A stretch of DNA of 64,000 bases, taken from assembly GCA_027482225.1 (NCBI GenBank), contig JAIXWD010000014.1:74719-138718 (forward strand). The letters run 5' to 3'. This DNA comes from Bacteroidota bacterium. GTDB lineage: Bacteria > Bacteroidota > Bacteroidia > UKL13-3. The position numbers and the translations under genes were made by a program. The notes below the pieces were generated by a model. It was not told the origin of the DNA and did not search any database. It was given only the letters and a program-made list of their open reading frames with translations. Below, in pieces: positions 21,701 to 29,066 of this stretch (its first letter is position 1; the number at the start of each line of letters is the position of its first letter).

Positions 21701-23985
21701 TTGATTACCGCATATTAAATGATATTGGAGGTACTCCAGCAACATTAATTAACATAGATAGTATTAAAATAATGGTATCTACAAATTGCGGAAATACATT
21801 TACCCAATTGGCTTTAATTAACGGTAGCAATCATGTTAGCTCTGCTAACCTAGAACGTTACAATGTATCTTTAGGTAGCTTTACCGGTAATGATATTATT
21901 GTTAAAATTGTTTACGACTGGTTTGGAACTACCAATGATGTAATTGTAGATATGGATAACATACGCATAGTTGATGGACAAAACGATGTGGGTGTAACTT
22001 TAGTTAGCAATCCTTGTCGCTCAATAATAGCTGGCAGTGCTGCAATTAATCCGGTGGTAACTATTCGTAACTTTGGTAGTGGTTCACAAAATAATGTACC
22101 TGTTGGTATTTCAATTACCGGACCATCAACATACAACAGTACATCTACATCTGGCACCGTTGCCGCAAGTAGCAATGGTGTTGTTTCTTTTTTAAGCACC
22201 TTTAATCCAAGTGTTGCAGGTACTTACACACTAAGGGCTTGGACTGCATTAGCAACAGATGGTGATAGATCAAACGATACATTGGTATATACTTTTAATG
22301 TAACCAATTTAAACTTAGGTATTGCATCAGTTAACGCAGTGCAGTTCAACGCAAGTTCATCACTAAAGGTTAGAAATGCACCAAACCTAAATCCAACAAG
22401 TGCAATTACAATTGAAGCTTGGATAAACAGAACAACAACTGCCACATGGAGAACCATTGTATCAAAAGATTCTTTATTTGGCATTTATCAATATGGTTTT
22501 GCGGTTAATGCAAATCATAAATTAGAGTTTATATTAAATACAACAAGTGGATTACATCAGTTTACTTCAGTTGATAGTGTTCCATTAGGTTTGAATCACG
22601 TGGCTGCCACATTTAATGGAAGTAATTTCCGCTTTTACGTAAATGGAAATATTTTTACTGATACAACTGTTGCTACCGGAACTATTATTCCTGGAAACTT
22701 TGATTTAACAATTGGTAATGAAGGAGATGCTACTACTGCATTTTTAGGTACAATTGATGAATTGAAAATATGGAATACAGCCCGTTCGGCCAATGACATT
22801 CGTTTGAACATGCACACCAGGTTAGCAAACACGCCAAGCATTAATTTAGCCGCTTACTATCGCTTTGATGAAGGAACAGGAAATACCTTTACTACAGATG
22901 CATCAGGTAATTGTAATACAGCTGTATTTAGTGTGATACCTCCTACTTGGTCTGCTATTCAGTTCCCATTAGGTACACCGGTAGTGGGTACTCAAACCGT
23001 ACCTTTTGATGGTACATTTGCGCTTGGTTCAACAGGACTTAATATGGTATACAGTGGTATGTTTGGAACTGATACCGTTTATGCACACAAATTTAATGGA
23101 CTACCTATTGGAATTAGTCCTGTTACAAATCCGGGTGGAGTTACCAACATACACCCAGGATATTGGATGTTGTACCGTTATGGTAATGGAACAACCACAT
23201 CAACCAATTTACAATTTAACTTGGGTGCAGGTAATTTAAATTCTAATGTAAATGCAGCCGACTTACGTTTATTCTCACGTGGACGTGTAAACTTTGCAGG
23301 TTGGTTATTGGCTAATAACTTAGCTACAAGTGCAGTATTTAATACCCAAACAGTAACCTTTGCTCAATCGCAAAGTATTTATGGCAACCAATTAATGGTA
23401 GGTGCAAATAACAATCCATTACCGGTTGAGTTGCTATTCATTAATGCAAAAGCAAACAAATTAGATGCAATAGTTCGTTGGTCAACTGCATCAGAATATA
23501 ACAGCCGTGGTTTTGCCATTGAGCGTTCTTTTGATGGTACAACATTTACAGAAATTGATTTTGTAAAAGGTGCAGGCAACAGCAAATCAACTTTACAATA
23601 CAGCTACCAAGATGTAGATGTATTTACCCAAACACCTTTGGTTTACTACAGGTTAAAACAAGTTGATGTGGATGGCTCATATACATACAGCGAAGTAGTA
23701 AGTGTAAAACAAGCTGCATCAAACACCGAACAAGTTGTGGTATACCCTAACCCAATTATTAGAGATGTTACTGTTGAGTTAGAAACTTTAAAAGCAGGTA
23801 AAGCAGAAATTATGATTACCGATATTACCGGTAAAATAATTGATAAAACTACTGTTGAAGTAAACCAAGGATTTAACAAATACACACTAAACCAAACACA
23901 AGGTTTAACCCACGGATTGTACATGATTACCATTGTACAAAACGGACAAACCATTTACAACAACAAGTTTGTAAAGGCGAATTAA
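18793..23985 (+). CDS. Giant T9SS-secreted protein (1730 aa) with parallel beta-helix repeats, a LamG/concanavalin-A-like jelly-roll domain and a C-terminal Por-secretion sorting domain
   Basis: Signal peptide. PbH1-like repeats (NCLITGGVQGINMTG...). LamG-like segment (…ITIEAWINRTTTATWRTIVSK…LEFILNT…FRFYVNGN…IDELKIWNTARSANDI). T9SS CTD (VVYPNPIIRDVTVE…GLYMITIVQNGQTIYNNKFVKAN). Confidence 0.85.
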   Translation: MKHNYTTPIFKGRTRKLLLLFSLLFWLLPVQAQIVLNSTSGTTSGNYTTLKAAIDNINNGTHTGVIFITVHGNTTETAGSVLFESGNGGSSYSLVVIRPADTATVNKTIDLGLSGSVLLELNGADNVFIDGRPLSQGTARLLTFTHSNPNASATSGVIRLINGASFVQISHLNSSCLTTAATTASINISLSTSLATTGNRNIAIDNCLITGGVQGINMTGTLANFMDSIFIVKNTILNAQGSSVIVNAVKTLQIDSNVITHNSAFTGWNVFGLNINPNVSGANYLISRNNINNLQTASAAQMAGILVSPGTAGLTVAPVVNLINNNVSLLATNAGLTFARAMQFQGANPAVVNCYHNTFRLGGSGAGTTGNPASIAVAKSNNSTAGTFVFTNNICINTRIGAANPHVGYWNSQATAGINTTDYNTIHGPVFSAIANGFYQGTIGAYRTASLPNEQNSSFGLIDFNNNFDPIVNLNGPNTSGVKLSGTPIVSVPIDMYGTARSTVRPYRGAFESLTQIDTFDIQTVILYTYGKIPIGTDDTIRVLVRNQGTGAVTNHPINLTSTKNGYLGAVNVSLPPAGEAIINMVPYTPFLLGFDTLRAYPNPDQKRSNDTSLWVRENTLNALSYSRPFTAQTGNVGTNPEGEIVAKFYTPVPNFVNQVNVNFTNNFFNGPFPFQVVMYEDSGSNLGPKRVPFWVSATQNTVNGVFNLSIPSVPVSGSFYIGVRQTTANNIGFAFQNENPIRNQTFYFRQGVGFQTLAWNDFAVNPNNQFRFMIEPRLTINDDLGVVDLFAPGAGCVNLGNQPVSVQVQNLGLLNQSFATDTLRILGRVIKPSGNTISFGPILVTSGSLVAGNTLNVTVIPSFNFDSAGAYTFTAWTRFGPDGNAINDTLPPLVRNVFAISNAPIVQDFNATTFPTTWSTNRFFISPTNGVNNTNSIRVGIDNSSPFAANAFIQSPRIGGITANSVLRFDYRILNDIGGTPATLINIDSIKIMVSTNCGNTFTQLALINGSNHVSSANLERYNVSLGSFTGNDIIVKIVYDWFGTTNDVIVDMDNIRIVDGQNDVGVTLVSNPCRSIIAGSAAINPVVTIRNFGSGSQNNVPVGISITGPSTYNSTSTSGTVAASSNGVVSFLSTFNPSVAGTYTLRAWTALATDGDRSNDTLVYTFNVTNLNLGIASVNAVQFNASSSLKVRNAPNLNPTSAITIEAWINRTTTATWRTIVSKDSLFGIYQYGFAVNANHKLEFILNTTSGLHQFTSVDSVPLGLNHVAATFNGSNFRFYVNGNIFTDTTVATGTIIPGNFDLTIGNEGDATTAFLGTIDELKIWNTARSANDIRLNMHTRLANTPSINLAAYYRFDEGTGNTFTTDASGNCNTAVFSVIPPTWSAIQFPLGTPVVGTQTVPFDGTFALGSTGLNMVYSGMFGTDTVYAHKFNGLPIGISPVTNPGGVTNIHPGYWMLYRYGNGTTTSTNLQFNLGAGNLNSNVNAADLRLFSRGRVNFAGWLLANNLATSAVFNTQTVTFAQSQSIYGNQLMVGANNNPLPVELLFINAKANKLDAIVRWSTASEYNSRGFAIERSFDGTTFTEIDFVKGAGNSKSTLQYSYQDVDVFTQTPLVYYRLKQVDVDGSYTYSEVVSVKQAASNTEQVVVYPNPIIRDVTVELETLKAGKAEIMITDITGKIIDKTTVEVNQGFNKYTLNQTQGLTHGLYMITIVQNGQTIYNNKFVKAN

Positions 23986-24011
23986 GATTAAAATTTTAGA
24001 GAATATAAAAC

Positions 24012-24046
24012 GGGCGAACCACATTTTTGTGGTTCGCCTTTTTTTG
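24012..24046 (+). terminator. Rho-independent terminator after giant T9SS gene
   Basis: ggcgaaccaca TTTT tgtggttcgcc is an 11-bp stem followed by a T7 run. Confidence 0.8.
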
Positions 24047-24112
24047 TTTTAATGATTAATTAGTAGAAACTTAACATACTTTTTACGTTAATAGAAGGGT
24101 GGCCCATTAGGT

Positions 24113-25096
24113 TTGCATACCGAAATGGAGATACAAAACAGAAAGTCGTTTATTAAAACACTTGGTATTTTAACAGCCGGAACATTTGTTAACCCCTTAT
24201 TGGCTGAAGGTAAAAACAACATTACAAGCCAAAATTTAAGCTCAACCGCATCAAAGAAAAAGCGGGTACTAAGGGTAGCCCACCTAACAGATATCCATAT
24301 AAAACCTGATAAAATTGCAGAACAAGGTCTTGCTGAAGCATTGAATCAGGTAAATACAATGGCCGATAAACCAGATTTTATTATAAACGGTGGAGATACA
24401 ATTATGAATGCTGGTGCCATTTCTAAACCATTGGTAAAAGAACAATGGGCTTGTTTTCACAAACTAAATCTAGCTTATAATAAAATACCTATGCACCACT
24501 GTATAGGCAACCACGATTTGTTTGGATGGGCGCTACCGGGTACCAATAAAAATGATGGAAAAAAATGGGCATTAGATGAATACCAATTATCAAATCCTTA
24601 TTATTCTTTTTTAAAAAATGGTTGGAAGTTTATCATTTTAGATAGTATACACCCAAGAAAAAGTGTCCCGGGATATTTTGGAAAATTGGATGAAGAACAA
24701 TTAAATTGGCTTGAGAACGAACTTGCCCAAGCCAAAGACAAAAATATATGTGTAGTAACTCACATCCCAATCTTGGCAGTTTGTACATTATTTGATAGCA
24801 GTAAATTACACCACAACAGTTGGTTTGTACCAGATAATACTTTACATGCAGATGCATATCAACTGAGGGATTTATTTTTTAAATATAAAAACGTTAAAGC
24901 TTGCCTGAGCGGACACATCCATTTAATTGATTATGTTAATTACTTGGGAACAGATTATTATTGCAATGGTGCCGTTTCTGGAGCATGGTGGAAAGGTGAT
25001 CACCAACAATTTTCTCCATCTTTCATTATAATGAACTTTTATGATGATGGAACTTCGGAAAGAGAAATACACTATTACAATTGGAAAATGGCCTAG
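24113..25096 (+). CDS. Calcineurin-like metallophosphoesterase, probably Tat/Sec exported
   Basis: Phosphoesterase motifs GDTIMNAG, GNHD and GHIH. The N-terminus NRKSFIKTLGILTAG resembles a twin-arginine-like signal. Confidence 0.8.
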   Translation: MHTEMEIQNRKSFIKTLGILTAGTFVNPLLAEGKNNITSQNLSSTASKKKRVLRVAHLTDIHIKPDKIAEQGLAEALNQVNTMADKPDFIINGGDTIMNAGAISKPLVKEQWACFHKLNLAYNKIPMHHCIGNHDLFGWALPGTNKNDGKKWALDEYQLSNPYYSFLKNGWKFIILDSIHPRKSVPGYFGKLDEEQLNWLENELAQAKDKNICVVTHIPILAVCTLFDSSKLHHNSWFVPDNTLHADAYQLRDLFFKYKNVKACLSGHIHLIDYVNYLGTDYYCNGAVSGAWWKGDHQQFSPSFIIMNFYDDGTSEREIHYYNWKMA

Positions 25097-25242
25097 TTTA
25101 TTAAATTTCGTATGCTTCTATCTGTTTGTTAGCTTAAAGGTATTCCTTCAAATTTATTGTTGCTGTATAATTTTGGTTTACATAATTTAAAAGACAAAAT
25201 ACAAATAGCCCCCACTAAATATCTATATTTTTGGGAGCATTC

Positions 25243-25284
25243 CACCACCTGGTCCCAAAACTTCGGGACGAACCAGGCACCTGG
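25243..25284 (-). other. tRNA-derived fragment (T-arm/acceptor-like sequence with a 16-nt hairpin insertion) downstream of tRNA-Met
   Basis: On the minus strand it reads ccaggtgcctggttcg[tcccgaagttttggga]ccaggtgg. The tRNA 3' half reads gtaggtgcctggttcgattccaggtgggcc. Confidence 0.4.
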
Positions 25285-25295
25285 ATTTTTCAAAC

Positions 25296-25321
25296 AAAAA
25301 AGCCCCAACTTGCGTTGAGGC
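25296..25321 (-). terminator. Rho-independent terminator immediately 3' of tRNA-Met
   Basis: On the minus strand: gcctcaac GCAA gttggggc followed by uuuuuuguuug. Confidence 0.7.
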
Positions 25322-25328
25322 TATTTAG

Positions 25329-25402
25329 TGGGCCCACCTGGAATCGAACCAGGCACCTACTGATTATGAGTCAGTTGCTCTAACCGAATGAGCTATAGGC
25401 CC
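25329..25402 (-). tRNA. tRNA-Met (anticodon CAT). Could be an elongator or a lysidine-modified Ile2 type
   Basis: Manual fold. Acceptor GGGCCUA/UGGGCCC, D-arm AGCUCAUUCGGUUAGAGC, anticodon loop cuCAUaa, T-arm CCUGGUUCGAUUCCAGG, discriminator A. 74 nt, no encoded CCA. Confidence 0.9.
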
Positions 25403-25464
25403 AAGATTTAAATTGCTATAAATCTATTTCCTTTTAAAGGAATGCAAACATATATTTTTGTATC

Positions 25465-26124
25465 TTGTTATACAAGTATCAAATGACAAAAATTACAACA
25501 ATTATTTTCGACCTTGGGGGTGTGATACTTAACTTAGATCAGGACCGAACTTTACGTGCATTTAAAAGGTTAGGCGTTGATTTGGAGGACATCAATGAAA
25601 TGTCGACTATATTTTCTGATTTTGAAGTGGGTAAAATAAATGCCAATGATTTTAGACAAGCCATTATGACCCACCTAAAAGGTAATGCTACTAAAAGTGA
25701 AATTGATTCAGCATGGAATGCCATGTTGTTAGACCTTCCTACTGAAAGGTTAACCTACTTGAAATTTCTACGAAAAAACTTTAATGTGCACTTGCTTAGC
25801 AACACAAACTCCATTCATATTGATGCGTTTAATAAATATTTACTTGATGAACACCCAAATTTAGATTGGTACGCCCAGTTTGATAAAGTTTATTACAGCT
25901 ACGAAATTGGATTAAGAAAACCTAATAAAGACATTTATGAATTTGTAATTCAAGAAAACAATTTAAAGCCTCACGAATGTTTATTTATTGACGATTTAAA
26001 AGCCAACTTAAATGGTGCTGGTCATGTGGGTATGCACACCATTTGGGCAAAAAATCCTTTAGACGAAAATATGTTGATGGAAATACGAAGCTTGGTGGCA
26101 GATTTTACTGCCAGCATGAACTAG
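25465..26124 (+). CDS. HAD-superfamily hydrolase (subfamily IA, phosphatase-like)
   Basis: Motif I IIFDLGGVIL (DxG). Conserved Ser/Thr and Lys motifs. C-terminal FIDD motif IV. Confidence 0.8.
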   Translation: MLYKYQMTKITTIIFDLGGVILNLDQDRTLRAFKRLGVDLEDINEMSTIFSDFEVGKINANDFRQAIMTHLKGNATKSEIDSAWNAMLLDLPTERLTYLKFLRKNFNVHLLSNTNSIHIDAFNKYLLDEHPNLDWYAQFDKVYYSYEIGLRKPNKDIYEFVIQENNLKPHECLFIDDLKANLNGAGHVGMHTIWAKNPLDENMLMEIRSLVADFTASMN

Positions 26125-26369
26125 GCTTTTGTATCGGTTTGAGGTGTTTCTTCCTTTGCACCACGTTTGTAAATAATCAACCCATTTAAAAAATTACGTA
26201 AAATTTGGTCGCCCATGGGTTTAAAATTAGGGTGATCCTCGCTGCGAAAAAACGCAGTTAACTCTGTTGTTGTTACCTTAAAATCAACCAACTTTAAAAT
26301 CTCTACAATATGCTCGTTACGCAAATGAAGCGCAACGCGTAATTTTTTTATAATGTCGTTATTGCTCAT
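26121..26369 (-). CDS. DUF1456 (YehS-like) single-domain protein
   Basis: The pattern NNDIIKKLRVAL...IVEIL...FLNGLIIYKRG matches the repeat unit of E. coli YehS. It overlaps the convergent HAD gene by 4 nt (ctag). Confidence 0.6.
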   Translation of the reverse strand: MSNNDIIKKLRVALHLRNEHIVEILKLVDFKVTTTELTAFFRSEDHPNFKPMGDQILRNFLNGLIIYKRGAKEETPQTDTKA

Positions 26370-26373
26370 CGTT

Positions 26374-27636
26374 TTATTTTTTGACCTTATCGTTCATTAA
26401 CAACTTGACGTAAAACAGTGGATTGCGCAACTTAGCTCGCAAATCTAAGTCTTCAAACATACAACTAATGGTTTCGCGAAGTGCTTTGTTTTTGTGTGCT
26501 TTGTTTACCACAAAATTAAATAACCAAGGGAACTTAACCAGCTTTTGCATGGTATGACTCAGTTTTAACTCATCCCATTGGCGGGCGTAAAAAGCATCGT
26601 CATATTGTTTTAAAAATGCAGCATCAAACCTGTTTTGTTTTACTGCCTCAGCAATTTGGGTAGCAGCCATCATACCGCTATACAATGCGTTTCCAATACC
26701 TTCACCCGTAAATGGATCAATCAACGAACCGGCATCACCTACCAATAAAAAACCTGCACCACTAACTGGTCTTTTTTTACTACCCAATGGTAAACCCCAG
26801 CCTTGAATTTTACCGTGCAACTTCGCATTTTTAAATCGGGCACTAATTGCAGGATTATTTTCAATGGCCTTAAGCATATCAGCTTTAAGGTTTACTTTTC
26901 GCTTGCTTACCTCGCTGCTTAACATACCAGCCCCAATATTGGCCATGCCATTGGGTAAAGGAAAAATCCAGAAGTAACCTGGAAGCATTTCAGGTAAAAA
27001 ATGTAATTCAATAAAGTTTTGCGAATGCATGCCTTCAACTCCCTCGTAATAAGCACGGATTCCAGCACAATAGTGGTCGTTTTCTTTTTTATTAGGTGAT
27101 AATTTTTTCGAAACTACGCTCCTATCTCCTTCTGCACCTACCAGTAGTTTTATGTTTTTTAATATTTGGGTTGAGTTGTCTTTAACGATGGTAACGTCAA
27201 ACAAATCTTTGTTTCTGGTAATATCGGTAACCTCTGTTCCATCTAACACAGTAGCATAGTTTCTATCTAAACGTTTAAACAACTCGTTGTCAAAATCAAT
27301 GCGTTTACTGATAAAGCCAGGAGGGTATTTCTCCTTACTCATGTCTTGTTTAAAAGGAATATCAATAGCCTTACCATTTGGAGCAACAAACTTCACTCCC
27401 CAACTCTCTATAAACTGTTCCTTTTGTTTATCAAAGGCAGGAATAATAGAAGGGTCCAATTGATTAAGCACGTATACCGTTTTGCCACTCAATGCATCGC
27501 CACACACTTTATCGCGCGGAAAAACAGCCTTATCTATGATGGTATGAGGTATTTTGTGTTTTGATAAAAACAAAGAAGTAGCGCATCCACCAGGACCCGC
27601 TCCTATGATTACAATTGAACTTGCGTTTAATTCCAT
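26374..27636 (-). CDS. FAD-dependent oxidoreductase, geranylgeranyl-reductase family
   Basis: FAD-binding fingerprint IVIIGAGPGGCATSL. Downstream CGDALSG-like segment. About 420 aa. Start set at MELNASS. Confidence 0.75.
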   Translation of the reverse strand: MELNASSIVIIGAGPGGCATSLFLSKHKIPHTIIDKAVFPRDKVCGDALSGKTVYVLNQLDPSIIPAFDKQKEQFIESWGVKFVAPNGKAIDIPFKQDMSKEKYPPGFISKRIDFDNELFKRLDRNYATVLDGTEVTDITRNKDLFDVTIVKDNSTQILKNIKLLVGAEGDRSVVSKKLSPNKKENDHYCAGIRAYYEGVEGMHSQNFIELHFLPEMLPGYFWIFPLPNGMANIGAGMLSSEVSKRKVNLKADMLKAIENNPAISARFKNAKLHGKIQGWGLPLGSKKRPVSGAGFLLVGDAGSLIDPFTGEGIGNALYSGMMAATQIAEAVKQNRFDAAFLKQYDDAFYARQWDELKLSHTMQKLVKFPWLFNFVVNKAHKNKALRETISCMFEDLDLRAKLRNPLFYVKLLMNDKVKK

Positions 27637-27840
27637 GAACTGCAATGATAACAAATACAGCACTAAACTTTGCATACCAAGTTGCAGTAATTATTCAATA
27701 GGTTAGAAAATATTACACATAACCACCACCTTCAATTTTTTAACGCAGAGGGTTGTGAACAGACTTACGATAATTTGAGTGTAGTCGCTCACAAAATTGA
27801 GAGAACGCAGTACAAAGCTTTCGGCATAAGGGAGTCATGA

Positions 27841-27924
27841 GGTCAGGACGCTTAAAAGCGTCAGACCTCAGGGAGTTTTAGTAAAATTATAATCAACCGT
27901 ACTGACGCTTAATGCGTCTGACGG
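27841..27924 (-). repeat. Structured intergenic repeat, element A copy 2 (inverted relative to 3935-4018)
   Basis: The reverse complement reads ccgtcagacgcattaagcgtcagtacggttgattataattttactaaaactccctgaggtctgacgcttttaagcgtcctgacc. This is about 90 percent identical to copy 1. Confidence 0.7.
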
Positions 27925-28029
27925 TTTTCTCCATTTGTAAATTAATGTTTAAACTAAGCAATCTTTTGGGGTTATTGCAGCATAGGATTTGTAATAGGGC
28001 AATCATTTCGAGAAGTGGAATTTTCAGGT

Positions 28030-28210
28030 AATTAATTTTTACTCACTCCTATTCTCGATACAACCCGAGTACTCGGGTCACTCGAACAGGCTGAAACTTT
28101 GCAAAACAAACTGCTGTACACTTCCGCGTTTTATTTGAGCCAATTAAATTGCGAAGCAACCTCAGCGTACCCAGCTATCCTGCGTTTAAACTTTATGAGC
28201 GCTTTCCGCG
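28030..28210. repeat. Cluster of short structured repeats (element B family), also present at 36410-36700
   Basis: Shares tcactcct(a/g)ttctcgata, cactcgaacaggct, gccaat(t/a)aaattgc(g/a)aa(g/c)caacctcagcgt and cgtttaaac motifs with the 36.4-36.7 kb cluster, in mixed orientations. Confidence 0.5.
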
Positions 28211-28496
28211 AGCAACCGGTCATTAAACAGCTTATCAACCTGTTAACCAATCAAGCCAAAACCAACAAAGATATTGTCAGTTTTTTAACCAATTAATTCA
28301 TAAATTTTCCTTAAGCCAGTAATAGTATAGGCATACCTTCTAGAGGTTATAATCAACATCTTCAATCTAAAACCAAAGTACATCAGGCAATTACATTTTT
28401 AACATCAACCCAAACCAATAAAACAAAACCAAATCGCTTAGCAAAGTTTAAGCGCCAATATGGCAATGGCTTGATTTTTGGTTAATTTCGCTGCAC

Positions 28497-28994
28497 ATGA
28501 AAGTTGAATTTAATCAATTACCCGATCATGCCCGAGTTTGGGTTTACGCAGCATCAAACCCCTTATCACCTAGCGAAAAGTCAGTGATACAAGCAGATGC
28601 AGATAAGTTTACCGAACAATGGACTGCACATCAAATGCCACTTAAAGCATCGTTCAGTATTTTGAATGACCTGTTTTTAGTATTTGCAGTAGATATTGCC
28701 CACCACGATATTAGTGGCTGTGGTATAGATAAATCAGTGCACTTGGTGCAGCAATGGGAACAACAATTAAATATCCCTTTGTTTAATCGTTTACAACTTG
28801 AGTTTGAATTAAACGGTAAAATTGAAGTAGCAACTAAAGCCAGAGTGGCAGAATTATTAAGTAACGGAACAATATCAGCACAAACTGTGTTTTATAACAA
28901 AGCAGTTTTACATGTGGGTGAGTTGCGCGCCAATTTCCGTATTCCATTAAAAGATAATTGGATCTACAAACAAATATCCAAACAAACGGCTTAA
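28497..28994 (+). CDS. Hypothetical protein (165 aa)
   Basis: ORF with good coding periodicity directly upstream of ftsH. No motif I can assign. Confidence 0.5.
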   Translation: MKVEFNQLPDHARVWVYAASNPLSPSEKSVIQADADKFTEQWTAHQMPLKASFSILNDLFLVFAVDIAHHDISGCGIDKSVHLVQQWEQQLNIPLFNRLQLEFELNGKIEVATKARVAELLSNGTISAQTVFYNKAVLHVGELRANFRIPLKDNWIYKQISKQTA

Positions 28995-29066
28995 TGTTGG
29001 TTAAAACACAAAATGTAAGTAATCTTGCTTAATATTACAGATAATAAAAATAACACAAGAATATAA

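Noticed and set aside
25243-25402. Integrated mobile element at the tRNA-Met 3' end
   Set aside because: A tRNA-like fragment exists. But no integrase, excisionase or cargo genes flank it, and the neighbours are ordinary chromosomal genes. It is kept only as a low-interest observation.
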